The notes under the pieces are model-generated. The model ran no database searches, was not told the DNA's origin, and saw only the letters and a program-made list of their open reading frames with translations. From assembly GCF_009914755.1 (NCBI RefSeq), contig NC_060926.1: a stretch of 64,000 bases of DNA, one strand, 5' to 3'. The stretch comes from the human T2T-CHM13v2.0 reference genome, Homo sapiens. Position numbers and translations under genes: made by a program. Positions 13,035-28,769 of the stretch are shown here, in pieces; the first letter of the stretch is position 1; each line of letters opens with the position of its first letter.

Positions 13035-15146
13035 TATATCCCAATTCCTTTCACACATATTAAATACACACACACACACATAATTCAAAAAGCTAGCAAG
13101 ATTAAACATAAAATACACATAATCATATAAGAATGATGGCTTGTGGAGGATGCAGAGGGGAATGGAGTGATCAAACAGAGACTAAGCAATGGTGTGGTGG
13201 GGAGTGATGAAAATGAACCTAGAAATAAGGATTGTCCTAACTCAAGATTCTGTACCCAGGGCCAATTTCATTTCTTCTAAGCAAAGGCACACAAGCTATG
13301 GTTTCGGATGAGGAGCTATAATTTGCTCCCAGTTTTTTAAGAACTGAGATTCTGTGCAGAGTGCTGCCAAATTGCCCACAGTGAGTTAGTATGAAGCGCG
13401 GGCCTCTGATTTGATTTGATGATGTACCTAATTGTGGCTGGGAATCACAGTACTTTTTGGACTCATTTTGAGTGCCCCTTTTTTGTAAAATAAATGATAC
13501 CAGGTAAAAAATAGCAGTTTTTTTTTTCTTGATCAGGAAGTAATGATTTAAAAAATGCCCAAGGGAAGAAGACAATTGTCAAGCTACATGCACAATGGCT
13601 TAAATTGTTCAAGATATTACCTCTGATGAAGAAGAAATGGAGCTGTCACGCAATGAAAGTCTGTCCCTAGGTGAGAAGGGCTAAGGGATAAGCATACTAC
13701 AGTGGTTAAAAGCAAGGGACTGGAGTGGATTTTCAATCCACATCCTGGATCTTCACTTCACAGCTACATGATGGACTCTGGCAGCATCCGTTATCTCATG
13801 TTACAGTAAGCATGATATTTACCTGGAAGAAATATTTTGAGGGTTAAATGCCCAATTTCAAAAATAAGACGTGTACACAGCGATTACATGAGATACTCAG
13901 GAATAACATGGTATAGTTTGTACGATTAGCAATTCCTAATTATTGTTGCTTTCCATATTTCCATGCAAAGATAGTACACTCATTATCCCATACTCCTTAA
14001 CAGAGAGATGTCTGTTGCTACAAAAGTATAACGTATCATATGGAATGCTACCATGTGTTGTCTTGAACCCCAAGGCATCTAGAAAGCATCCCACTTCCCA
14101 CTGTAAACAGTCACAAAGCATTTTAAAATAGGTTCATTTTTAAAAGAGCCATTTTTAGTGAATTTGTTAATTAGCAAATTAGTAAAATACCAAAGAAACA
14201 CACCATGATAGTCAAAGCTTACACAGGGTCACACAGGATCCCTGTCTCAAAAGTCCCGTAACAGTCTCTCATCTGCACTGTCCCCAAGCCCTGGGGACCA
14301 TGTTGGCATTACATAGATGCTGCTTAGCCCATTTCCTTGTCTTCTGCCTGCAAGGCATGCAGTGAGCACACACCTTCTGCAAAACCTCTAAGTGAAACAG
14401 TAGGTGGTCTGGATAAATATAGTAGCATGCATCTCGTGTCTCAGGTTCCTAAGGTTCCTACATCATATCTCAATCTTTCATATACTTTCCTTCACATGTT
14501 ACATGTTTTATTTCTTCATTCTACTATCCTGTTTCAGAAAATTGCAGGAATATATAAATATGTATAAATTATGTATAAGGTACGAATAATCACAAATACA
14601 TATCTATATGCCTATGATCTCAATTTAGGGAAAATAACTGCCAGTATGTGGGAATCATTCCATGGATCCCTCCTTCCTCCACCTTTGCAGATCGCATATC
14701 CTGTTGAATTTTGTGTTATTAATCCTTTGATTTTCTTAAGAAAGTTTTACCATCTACACTTCTATATTTAGTTTTGTGTGATTTTAAACTTCATATAAAT
14801 AAATTGAGTTGACTTTTCAGGCAATATTATTTTCTTGAGTTCCGTTGATACTATTGCATATAGCTATAGTTTATTTTAAGTGCTGAATGATTTTCCTTTG
14901 GAATAACATACAACAGCTTATTTATTTTATTGGATATTTGTGTTGCTTTCAGTTTTCTGCTCTAACAAGCAGATCCATCATGAATACTTTCACACATATC
15001 CTAGCACACATGGGGAGGACACTTGTTTAGAGTATTTACCTAGCAATGGGATTTCTTGGACATGAGGTGTGTATATCTTTAACTTTATTGAAATTATCAA
15101 ATCATTGTCCAAATATTTGTACCAATTCATATTTTACAAACAATAC

Positions 15147-15572
<426 letters not shown>

Positions 15573-15851
15573 TTAATTTTTATCTGTCTAAGTACTAATC
15601 AGGCTTTTTAAAGATTGTGAGCCATTTGAGTTTCTTTTTTTTAAGTTTGTCTTCAGATATTTTGAATATTTTTCTACTGGGCCATCTGCCTTCTTTCAAA
15701 TCGATTTGTAGAAATTATTTATATATTCTAGATGCTAATATTTTGTCAGTTATATGGTTGCCAAAATTATCTTTCAATCTGTGGCCTAGATTTTTACTCC
15801 CTTCTTATGTATATACATGTACCTATATATTACAATATACAGAAGCGCTTA

Positions 15852-16079
15852 GTTTTTTTTTCTTTTCCGACTTTGATTTTAGAATCAAGCGGTACATGTG
15901 CAGCTTTTTCATGAGTATACTGCGTGATGCTGAGGTTTAGGGCATGATTCAGCCTATCATCCTGGAAGTGAGCAAAGTACCCAATAGGTAGTTTTTCAAC
16001 ACTTACCCTCCTCCCTCTCTCCCCACTCTAGGAGTTCCCAGCGTCTATTGTTCCCATCTTTTTGTCCACGTGTACCCAG
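15852..16079 (-). mobile_element. Old L1PA (PA13-16-like) 3' end fragment
   Basis: Poly-T, then ggtacatgtgcag...gtacccaataggtagtttttcaac...gtctattgttcccatcttt. Confidence 0.8.
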
Positions 16080-16859
16080 AAGTTGTTAATTTTTACATAG
16101 GGGAATTAGTCCATTATTTTCTGACATTTTAAATTCTCTGTATTTTGCTTAAGAAATAGTTTTTTAGCTTAAAGTCATAAAGACATTGTCTTACATATTT
16201 TTTAGGTTTTTTTTTTCAGTTTTCCCTTTTACAATTAAACCTTTAGTCTATCTGGCATGTATTATTTTGTGTCTGGATGAGAAGTATGCCAGATTTCTTG
16301 CCACATGATTTCTTTTTTTTTTTTTCCATTAACTGTAAATTCTATTCCTTTCTTACTGGAAAAAACCTTGCAGGACCAAGTCTATCATAAACCAAATTGC
16401 CATATATCCTGGGGCTGTGTCTGGTAGTCTTATTTTGTTTTATAGTGGTAATATTCTATCCCATGCCAATATTCACACGGCAATTACTACAGATTTCTAT
16501 AATTCCTTATATGTACCAAGGTATTTCTTCTCATTATTTTCTTCTTTTTCAGGAATATCTTGCATATTCTTGGGTCTTTCCTCTTCTAAATAAACTTTAC
16601 TATTAGCTTGTCATTGTTAAAGGGAAGCAAAGCTGGAAGGAGAAAATGAAAGGACAGAGGAAAAGGAATTCTGAGATGGGGTGTGGATTGAATTTCAATG
16701 AATTCATAGATCTATTTAGGGAACATCACAATTGCAAACTTTATGGTATTGAGTCTTTCTAGGAAAAAAATTATTTCTATTTATTTAGATCTTCTAAAAG
16801 GTCTTTCCAGAGTATTTTATAATTTTTTCATGTATTTTGTTACATTTATTCCAAGGTTC

Positions 16860-17162
<303 letters not shown>

Positions 17163-17954
17163 GTATTCTAAAGTTCTTAAAGCTACCATGAATTTCCCTT
17201 TTTAAAATCACCTTTTCAATTATTTATAGCTGGTGTATCTAAACACAATTAATTTTTGTACATTGATTTTATGCATAGTAACTTGATAAACACTTTTCTT
17301 CATTCTCATAATCTCTATGTAGATTGTTTAGGGTTTTCTAAATATACAATCATCACCCATGAATAATGAGAGTTACACTTCCTGCTTTCCAATCAACAGA
17401 AATTTTCTTTCTTTTTCTTGAATACTTTGCTGGCTCGGACCTCATTTGCAATGTCAAGTGAGTAATGTTCATGGTGGGCATATCTGTCTTTTTCGTGATT
17501 CTAAAACAATCTTTGCAGCATTTCATCAATAAGGGGAATGTTTGCTCTAGATTGGCATAGACACCCTTCCAATCCTAATTTGCTAAAAGTCTTTGTCAAG
17601 AACAGATGTTAAGATATTTTTGTTGGATACTGACTTTACATCTATTGAACTAATCATATTAGTTATCTCCTTTTAGCTTTCAATTTGGTAAATAATATTA
17701 AATAGTTTTCTAATCCGAAGCCATGTTTTTTCATATTGAATATTGCTGAATTCTCTTTAGAATTTACTCTAAATTACTGAGGTCTCTTATTCATATATAT
17801 TTCTTTTTGAGGCACCACTCATTGTTATGGTTTTCTCAAAACATTTCCCTTTTATCTTGGTTTTCAAATTTATTGACATAATCTTGTTTAGACTAACCTC
17901 AATAACTTAAATTCCTCTTCATCTTAAGTCACACCCTATTTTACTTCTTCTAAT

Positions 17955-18135
17955 ATGCTTTTATTTTGAATTGTGGTAAAAAAAAACACTTAACATGAGA
18001 TTTACTCTTTTAACAAATTTTTAAATGCACAATACAGTATTCACTAAAGTCACAATGTTATATAAACAGATCTCTAAAACTTACTCATATTGTTTCACTG
18101 AAAAACTTTATATCTGTTAAATGATAACTCCTAAT
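17955..18135 (-). mobile_element. L1MA/L1MB 3' end fragment
   Basis: ttgtggtaaaa...cacttaacatgagatttactcttttaacaaatttttaaatgcacaatacagtatt. Confidence 0.7.
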
Positions 18136-19992
18136 TCTCAATCTGTAACCTGATTTCGAAGCTGCAGGCACTTATGTCCTGCCACGTATTTCTTACTCCC
18201 TACCTGTATCCTGAAATCCCAGTCCAGAGGCACAAATTGTCCACACTCTGGATGCTTCTCCGGTTGCTCATCTAATACCCAAATACTGACTGAAACCTGG
18301 GTTTCCTGCAGTTTTCCATCCCCTCTTATAGAGCCCCCTTGTTTGTCTTCTGTAGCAGAGCCATCTTCAGGCCAAATCACCTCTAAGACCCATATGTCCT
18401 CTGGAGGCAGCCCAAGTGATGTCAATATTTCTCTGGGGATCTGTTTCACCCTAAGGAAAAGGAGGCATCCTGCTACGTTTCATTTTCTCTTTTTGCTGGG
18501 CCACCCATCACAAGTGCTAAGAGTTGAAGAGCAGGGCTTGTAAATAAGAATTTAATTACTCCTCATTTCTACAATTCACTCAAACATCTGGTACCAGGCG
18601 TGGAGCCCTGAAGCACTGCTCGACCTGCAGGTCACCTAATAGGAACTGAGAAGGACTTCTCTCTCAGCCTGGACCACTCTCAGGTACATGCACTACTTTT
18701 AAACCTAGCCAAAAAGGGAGAGAATAAAATTGAGATGTAACAATGTTTAATGATTATGGAAATTGTATCAATCACTCAGTGAGTCAGAAGACATTTGATC
18801 TTCATTGACATTCGAAAAAGAAGGAGAAGCAGCAGTTATAGAATCTTTACAATAAGCCATATCCGTTATGTATGATCACATTTAATCCTCCTCAACACAA
18901 TCATGCTAAGAAAGGGTAATTCTGTCATCTTATGTCAAAGAAAACAAAGCTTAGGAAAGGTAAATAGAGTATTCAAGGGTATACATCTAAAACCCTGCTT
19001 CTTTTAACACTTAACCTCTCCCCATGGGGCTCACCATTCTGGTGTACAGAGTAATGTATAAACTATCTTGTGAGAATCACAGTATAGTTGGAGAGACAGT
19101 AACTATCATGTTAAGCAGTAAGTGACAGGTGCCCCTGTTGTCTGGTTCTGAATTTGGAGGAGATGCAATCAGGGAGCTCAGGAATGATTAAAGAAGGAAA
19201 GCAGTATTTGAAATTGATTCAGAAGATGAGGATTTTGCATATATAAATTTGTTCTCAAAAGTCTATGATACAAGCTTAGAGCAGCAATATTTCAATACAT
19301 TTTCCACATTCCATAGTATTGGTTCATCTTAGTATCAACATTGGCAAAAGTTATGGACTCTGTTCATTAGCCTCACCATTAATATTGTTTTGCTTTTGCT
19401 TTGTCCTCGGCCCCTAAGACAGTGTTTGCGTAATCAAAATCTGAGTCATATACATATTATATGTATATTTTATACATATACTTCATAAATCATGTTTCAA
19501 GATTATTGTTACAATGTAAATCAGTCTGATGCTAATTTAAATATCAGGATATTTATGCTGTGCCCTAAGTTCTGGAAAGCAAACATGAAAAATATTAGTA
19601 TAAGCATTTTAAACTATGTCTAAAATCAAGGTGAAAGAATGTACTCTATCATTTTGTTATGGCCCCTATAGTTCTGAAGTAAGTTTCTCCCAATTTCCTA
19701 TTCTCAATATTATTACTTCAGTGATCATTTAAAATTTCTGTTAGAACTACAAGGAAAATGAATTGTGGGAGTGTCATAGCAGCCCCAATAAATGTGATTC
19801 AGTGGCCATTCTGAGAAATTTTGAAGGAAAACTTTGGTTTTTAAAATGTTAACTTTATCTTGGGATGTCTTTAGTAGTGTAATGTTAATGAATAAATCCA
19901 TCCTGCAGGTTTGTGAGTGGTAAACAACCAGTCAGGTTAGGTTGGAGAGCAGGACGGGGCCAACTTCAGGAGTGAAGTCTGCATACGAGCAT

Positions 19993-22308
19993 TGTGGTAG
20001 TCCGTTTTTATACTGCTATGAAGAAATACCTGCGACTGCATAATTTATAAAGAAAAAGAGGTTTAATGGACTCACAGTTACACATGGCTGGGAAGCCATC
20101 ACGATCATGGCAAAATGCAAAAGAGGAGTAAAGACATGTCTTACATGGCCTCAGGCAAGAGAGTGTGTGCAGGGGAACAGCCCTTTATTAGACCATTAGA
20201 TTTTGTGAGACTTATTCACTAGCACAAGAAGAGCATGGAAAAAATTCACCCCCATGATTCAATTACCTCCCACTGGGTCCCTCCTATAACACATGGGAAT
20301 TATGGGAGCTACAATTCAAGACGAAATTTGAGTGAGGACACAGCCAGACCACATCATTCCACCCCTGGCCCCTTCCAAATCTCATATCCTCGCATTTTAA
20401 AGCCAATCATACCTTCCCAACAGTCGCCCAAAGTCTTAACTAATTTCAGCATGATCTCAAAAGTCCACAGTCCAAAGTCTCATCTGAGACAAGGCAAGTC
20501 CCTTTTGCCTATAAAATCAGAAGCAACTTAGTTACTTCCTAGATACAAGGGGAGGACAGGCATTGTGTAAATACACCCATTGCAAATGGAAGACATTGGC
20601 CAAAACGAAGGGGTTACAGGCCCCATGCAAGTCCAAAATCCAGCAGGGGAATCAAATCGTAAAACTTCAAAATGATCTCCTTTGACTCCATGTCTCACAT
20701 CCAGGTCATGCCAGTGAAAGAGGCTGATTCCCTTGGTCTTTGGCAGCTCCACCCCTTGTGACTTTACAGGGTACAGCACCCCCTCCTGGCTGCTTTCATG
20801 GGCTGGCATTGAGTGTTTGTGACTTTTCTGGGCTCATGGTGCAAGCTGTTGGAGGATCTACCATTCTGAGGTCTGGAGGAAGGTAGCCCTTTCCTCACAG
20901 ATCCACTAGGAAGTGCCCCAGTGGGCACTCTGTGTGGGAGCTCCAACCCCACATTTTCCTTCCTCACTTCCCTAGCAGAAGTTCTCCATGAGGGTTCTGC
21001 CCCTGCAGCACACCTCTGCCTGGATATCCAGGCATTTCCATACATCCTCTGAAATCTAGGCAGAGGTTCCCAAACCTCAAATCTTGACCTCTGTGCACCC
21101 ACAGGTACAACACCAGATGTGAGCTGCCAAGACTTGGTGACTGCACCCTCTGAAGCAACGATCTGAGCTTTACGTTGGCCCTTTTTAGCCATGGTTGGGA
21201 TGCGGAGCACCAAGTCCTGAGACTGCACAAAGCAGCAAGGCCCTGGGCCCAGACCACAAAACTATTTTTTCCTTCCAGGCCTCCAGGCCTGTGATGGAAT
21301 GGGCTACCATGAAGACCTCTGACATGCCCTGAAGACATTTTCCCCATTGTCTTGGCCAGTAACATTTGGCGCCTTGTTACTTATGCAAATTTCTGCAGCT
21401 GGCTTGAATTTCTCATCAAAAAATGTTTTTTTGTTTTCTATCGCATTGTCAGGCAGGAAATTTTCTGAGCTTTTATGCTCTGCTTCCCTCTTAAACATGG
21501 GTTCCAATTCCAAATCATATCTTTGGAAATGAATAAAATGGAATGTTTTTAAGAGCACCCTAGTCATGTCTTGAAGGCTTTGCTGCTTAGAAATTTATCC
21601 CACCAGATGCCCTAAATCATCTCTCTCAAACTCAGAGTTCCACAGATATCTAGGACAGGGGCAAAATGCTACCAGTCTCTTCGATAAGCATAACAAGATT
21701 CACCTTTTCTCCAGTTTCCAACAAGTTCCTCATCTTCATCTGAGACCACCTCAGCCTGGACTTTAATGTCCATATCACCATCAGCATTTTGGTCAAAGCC
21801 ATTCAATGCATCTCTAGGAAGTTCCAAACTTTCCCACATTTTCCTATCTTCTTCTGAGCCCTCCGAACTGTTCCAACCTCTGCCAGTTACCCAGTTCCAC
21901 AGTTGCTTTCACATCATTCTGGGGTATCTTTATAGCAGAGCCCACTACCCAGTACCAATTTACTGTTTTAGTCCATTTTCATACTGCTATGAAGAAATAC
22001 TCCAGACTGTGTAATTTATAAAGAAAAAGAGGTTTAATGCACTCATAGTTACATATGGCTGGAAAGGCCTCACAATCATGGTAGGAGGCAAAGGAGGAGC
22101 AAAGGTACATCTTACATGGTGGAAGGCAAGAGAGCATGTGCAGGGGAATTGCCCTTTATAAAACCATCAAATCTCATGAGACTTATTCACTATCATGAGA
22201 GCAGCACAGGAAAATCCCACCCCCACCATTCAAATACCTCCCACAGGTTCCTGATTATGGGGAGCTACAAATCAAGATGAGCTATGGGGACACAGCCAAA
22301 CCATATCA
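19993..22308 (-). mobile_element. Complete THE1 (THE1C-like) MaLR provirus: 5' LTR 21964-22308, internal region 20357-21963, 3' LTR 19993-20356
   Basis: Two homologous TG...CA LTRs; the - strand starts TGATATGGTTTGGCTGTGTCCCC; about 1.6-kb internal region with a broken MaLR ORF; perfect 5-bp TSD AGCAT at 19988-19992 and 22309-22313. Confidence 0.95.
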
Positions 22309-22545
22309 AGCATCTACTGAGGCAAGAAGACAGGTAGAATCTGAAGGTCTATAGCCCCATTTTCTAGGATATTCATTGAAAGCCAAAGTAAACTGCTACT
22401 GAGGCCAGGAAGTTCACTAAAATGTAAGGGCCTAGTGATATGTCCAGACTAGGAAAGAAAATTTTAATTTTCAAGAAAGTCAAAGCCATTAGTTGTAGCC
22501 CTAGAACTAGTGACAGTAGAGTACACCCAATCCTAAGTTGGAAAC

Positions 22546-23219
<674 letters not shown>

Positions 23220-23609
23220 GAGAGAATTCTCTTTTTTCCTCTGTGTGTTTTGCTGCCTCCTTTTTTTCTCAGCCTGCGTGTTTTGGTGTCTCTGGTAGAT
23301 CCTGAAGATGTAGTCATATGTACATGATAATTTTTTAACTTCTTATCTAAGATCTCCAAAAAGGGCTCAAATGAAGTTTCCATTTGGAAGTTCTAAAAGT
23401 GGGCCTTTAGTCCCTACTCGGTGATTTAAAGTTTCGTTTGAGTATATTCTGATACACATCTTGCTTTGCAGAGTATATGTAGAAATCACTTGTATTTGTC
23501 CTAAACATTCTGAAATTGATCCCAAGATTGAGAACAGATGAATAGAATGGATCAACCAAGTGTTCTGGGCCCATTCTGCTGGATAGTAACTAAGTGATTA
23601 ATGCCAATG

Positions 23610-23795
23610 GGCCTTGGGCAGAGCTAGTGCCAATCCCAGCACTGTGACCTTGAGCAAGTTACTTAAATGCACTGAGGCTCAGTTTCTTTATAAAACCAGG
23701 TCAATAACACCTAACCCTATGAGTTAATTTATGTGAATTGCCTGTCCCAGTGGCCTATTGTCTGGACTCAATAATTGGTATATGGTATTATAATG
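23610..23795 (+). mobile_element. MIR
   Basis: Core tgtgaccttgagcaagttacttaa...ctcagtttc. Confidence 0.65.
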
Positions 23796-26700
23796 ATGGT
23801 GATGACAGCAACAGTGCAGATATGGCTTACCTTGCAGGACATTTTGTGATGCAAAGGGAAACCCTTGTCAACATAATGCATGTATGAATAACCCCTTATT
23901 TTCCTAACCTACCATCTCCTTTCCCTCAACCACAGTGTTGGGGCATGTTTGCCAAGCTCTCTTTGTGTGCTATCACAAGGGTTAGGTTGATTCTGGAGGT
24001 CTGAGTGGGCCAGTGGGGGCAGTTGCATGAAGTAGTAAGATGAGGGATAGCTAGAGAAGAGAGACCACCAGTGCTCCAGGCTCTTGATGATCTACATGTG
24101 GTTCATGGGCCAGCGGCATCAGAGGCACCTAGGAGCTTGAACCTAAATTATAATCTACATTTTTGTAAAGGTAATTCATGCTCACAATAAAGTTTGAGAA
24201 GCTCTGTCCCAGGGAGTACCCTAGAAAATCAAAAGCTGTTTCCTGGGTGAGTAATAGGGGACAGAAGCCTGATACATGCAGGAATTACAGGGAGATGACC
24301 AAGGTAGGAATTCCATCAGGGTCCAGTTGTTTTGAAGGCACAGGTTGCAGGCAGAAAAAAAGCACTATACAGCCCAAATATTAATAGATATGAAACATAA
24401 GCAAACAATTGATTTTTTTAACTTTTCACATATATTCTGTTCAACTCTGTATGGCAAATATGATGTTTAGTATCAAATGGTAGCCATTCACATTTTCTTA
24501 GTATGCTGAATTTATTCCCAAGTTAAAATTCCATTTAAAGAAACGAGAATCCCTTCCTAACACATGTTACAGACTTTAAAGAACTAGACTCTGTGACCCA
24601 GTTCATCAAAATGCACTTGAAAAATTCTGTCTGGAGCTCTCAGACCAATGCTACACATTAAAGATTTTATTTTCTTCCTCCTGTCTTTTCCAAGGCTTGA
24701 CTCCTAACCACTTGAGATGGAGCTAAAGCTGACAGAGAAAGTGAAAATCCTCTGCCTTCTTGCCTGGAGGAAATGCTTGGCAGGAGATTTCCAAGCTGTG
24801 CTGTCATCAAAGCTAAACTTAACCTTGTTCAGGAAAAGAACCCTCAACTTTCAAACCAACTCCTTGTCAGACCATTCAATTTGCAAAGTACAATGTTGGG
24901 GGGATAGAAAAGGAAGGAAAAATAGCAATGAATGCACTGATGTTTGAGATTGAGACTTGAAATGATGACTACTCATGTTTTGCAATGACATTAAAGTTAA
25001 ATGTCTTGGTTCACGGGCACTTACCACTCCCTTCATCACCATTAATCTTTGCTCACAGTTTTGAAATACACCACTTTGTGTCTTCAGCAATGAAACGAAA
25101 TTTTCCCAGGGTTGTAATTGCTTTCCGGTATGTCTTTTCTCATGTTATTTGATTGCTAAAGGTTTTCTTCAAAATGGGAGATATTTAGTGAACACAATAC
25201 AATGTATTTTCCTGCTATTTTTAATCTGTTCATGCATAATTTGAAGGGTTTGGTGAGGGAAAAATGGAAATTGAACTCATCTGACCGTGACAGATTTGCA
25301 AACTCTAAATACAACTTAAACTTTATCAATGCTTTTAAATTACAGCACTGAATACCTGGACATGTCCATATAACATTTATAGCATTTTATGTCTTCATAG
25401 CTACAGCCAACATTTGCTTAAGAATCACAATTGTAATTCAGGATGAGCAAGAAGAGCATTTTACAAGGAAAAGTAGAGCATGCTGAAGTATTTTGCCTGG
25501 AACAAGCTTTTATTTTTAGCCTGTCCCCAAAAAATCATTATCTAGAGGCCTGAAATGTCTCAAAAAATCATTATATTTGAATACCTGGTAGGTCATTTCA
25601 TAGAGTCCTGAAGAATCCTATTTAATATCACGTGGGTTTGTTATCTGGACCACAGAGCAATTGAAGGAATGATTGTCTATTGGGACCTACTCTTTTCCTC
25701 TGACTTCTGACATGCAAACTTTCTCCAGTGTACAGTTTTAACAAATGGCACACCACACTTTGGTCCAGCATGTTATATCCAGGATTCTTATTGAGTTATT
25801 ATGAAAGGTGGTATTTCCAAAATTCATATAAGGAACTCTCAATAATTTATACTTACCTCCATGTAATACATTCAGGTCTTCTTTCCAATGCCTTAGCTTG
25901 GATACATTTTGTGAGAGTAATAGCATGTGAAAGAATGTCAAAAACCAGAGGCCTGGGCTTGAGATTTAGCCCTGAGCTCTGCCCATGCCCTTCCCTTCCA
26001 GTGAGAAAATATCTTTCTAGAAGAGAATAAATATAGAAAGCAGAGACATCCATCATGGATCAAAGAGACTAGATGGTGACTGGGGACAAACCATGCCAGT
26101 TTATTGTCCATTCCTGACAAATAAATAGCTCTCATCCCCAAAATACAAAAATCCAGACCAAGAGGCCTAGTGATAAAATCGGGAGGGAGTGGTAGCTACT
26201 GAAAACTAAAAACATTCTCGTGTTACAACAATAGGATTTCAATTTATTCATGTTCTAAATATCATTTCCTTACTCAAAAATCTTTACAGAGGTTCACAGG
26301 ATAGTTATAATTGCAAAGCTGTAGCTATCATTAATTAAGCATTTTCTTTGTGCCAACCACTTTTGTCTTTGTTGGTGGTTCATGACAACCCTCATTTGTC
26401 ATGACCTCCCCGTGGGAAACAGGCATCATCATCTTCATTTTCCATGGAAGAATACTATATCACAGAGAAAGAAATGGATGGCCCCAATTTACCAAATCAG
26501 TCAGCAGAACAACTGGATGCACAAGGTACTGAGACCCACCGCTGTGATGTTTCCATTCTATCTCACACATTCACTTCTGCCATAGCTTGCTCACTCATCA
26601 GACTTCAAGGCCCTACACAACCAGGCTCTCCTCCAAATTACTAGATATATCCCCAACTTGTTCGGAGTTTTGACTTCTTTGCTTGCAAAATGAGAGGGTG

Positions 26701-28769
26701 TTGGAGGCTGGAACAAGTAAGTCAGAGAGAAGATGCGTTGCCTACCCAGTTAATACTCTTATGACCTTCATACCTGTGCCTCCTCATCTGTCAAATGGTC
26801 ACCATCTTGGCTGTCCTTCCTGGCTGAGATGATTTTTGCAAAGCTCAAATAAAGAAAGCATTTAGAAATCACACTCATAGGACAAATGGTAATGACAAAT
26901 CTCATCGATATTCTCTTTAAGTGCTCACAATCTTGAACGCACTTCCCTGTGTGACTTGGAAACATAAGTCACTTTACTGTTGCCCACACATTTTCCATTT
27001 TAGAGACCTGTCCAGTTTCTATTCCGATTTCTTAGTCTTCATTTAAGACTGTCCTCCCCTTATCTAAACCTCTACCTAACCAACAAGCAATTGAGCAATT
27101 CTCTGTGGTCATCACTGTGAAATGCAGTGAAAATAGGAAAGTGAGTAAGATGGGGCCTCAAAGAGCTCAAGGACCCGTGTGCTACAACATCTTCAAAATA
27201 AACACCTGTCACCGAGCTGGTCCTCCTAGTGGAGGTGGAGTATTATACACAAAAGACCCCATAAAGGAGAAAAGGAATTTCTTGCCTGGAGAGATCAAGG
27301 AAGGCTATGGAGTATTTACATCCCGTGCAGTAAGTGCATTGTTGATGAGTGAGCAAGTGGAAGGTGATGTGCGGGCATTCAAGACAGAGTCAAATATAAA
27401 CACAGCCAATAAATTGGCAAATCCAAGCACAGATTGAGAAATAAGCGGTGCCAGAAGATTAAATAATCCAGAGTTTGATCATGAAGGGATATATAGAAGC
27501 AAGGAACTAAAATTTTATTCTGAAGGCATGGGAGACTAGTGAACTCAGGTCAGTCATCTTTCTTATTTCCTGAATATGGAATTCATTGCTCACCTGTCTT
27601 TGGGTAATTAAAAACCATCACCTTATGACATATTATGACTTGCCATCTGAATATAAATATATGGTTTTTAGTCTTGTGACACTTTTTATTATATTTATCT
27701 AAAAGAAAGACGAGAAGCTTTAAATATGATTTGGAAGTCATCTAAATGTGGGACCATTTATCACCTCTTTTCTGCATGATATAAAGATATGTTAATTTTA
27801 GAAATTGATTTGTGAGCTTCCCAGTTCTTCAGGATAACAAAATAGATTGTCAATAGACCTAGAAATATTGAACTAATTATTTATTCTTACCTTCCTTTTT
27901 GTGCACCAGGTCATGATGATTCCAATATGGTATGTCTAAAGTTACATAACTCTGTCCATTCCAATTGTCATTGTTTTAGTTCAGGCTACCATTATTATAT
28001 ATATATTCTTTTACTATTCTAAATCCCCTGATTGGGTCTTGTTAGCACAGTCTCTTACCCTCAATTCTCTATCCCCATCTCCACCCAAGACATTTTTCCA
28101 TATAGAAATTGAAGCAAACTTTCTAAAATACTAATTGCTGTGACTCTCTTGCCCAAAACAGTATTTCCTTGTTTTTATTTCATTTTGTTTTTAAACTATT
28201 TTGATTCCTACTGCCTGTATAAGTGCAGAATTTCCTTCTTTTTAAGTTTATAATCTTCAAAACATGAGCTTGGGAGGCCCTATTTTAACATATTCGCATT
28301 TTAAAAATAAATTATATATATGAACTTGAATGAAATTCAAACATTTTCTCCAGCCAGCTGTCCCAACCTGCCTCATCCCTTGAAAAGTTATATGAGGTCC
28401 ATGCTTTCTGTTCCCTTTAAGAGTCACCAGGTTATGTATCAGATAGCATGATACATGATGCCTGGGACACTGTACTTAAAAAATATTTGTTGAATATAAG
28501 AAAAATGTGATAAAACCTAAAAAGTATAGTATGTTTGGTCTTGGAGCATAAGTAATGCATAAACAACACAGCTCTTGGTACAGAATTATCCTACATATTC
28601 TGAACAGATGATAAAGAAAGTGCTAAAAACCGTGTGGATGGAAATATGTAGTAGATAGTCCTGGGAATATCATTTTTCAAGGACAGTAGTTGGAACTGGA
28701 GATGATCCTCTTAGAAAGCAGTAGCAGATGAAGGTAACTTAAATTCATCTATTTATCTGCCTATCATCG

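Noticed and set aside
20528-21567. Overlapping 87-154 aa ORFs on the - strand
   Set aside because: Frameshifted remnants of the THE1/MaLR internal ORF; no single intact frame.
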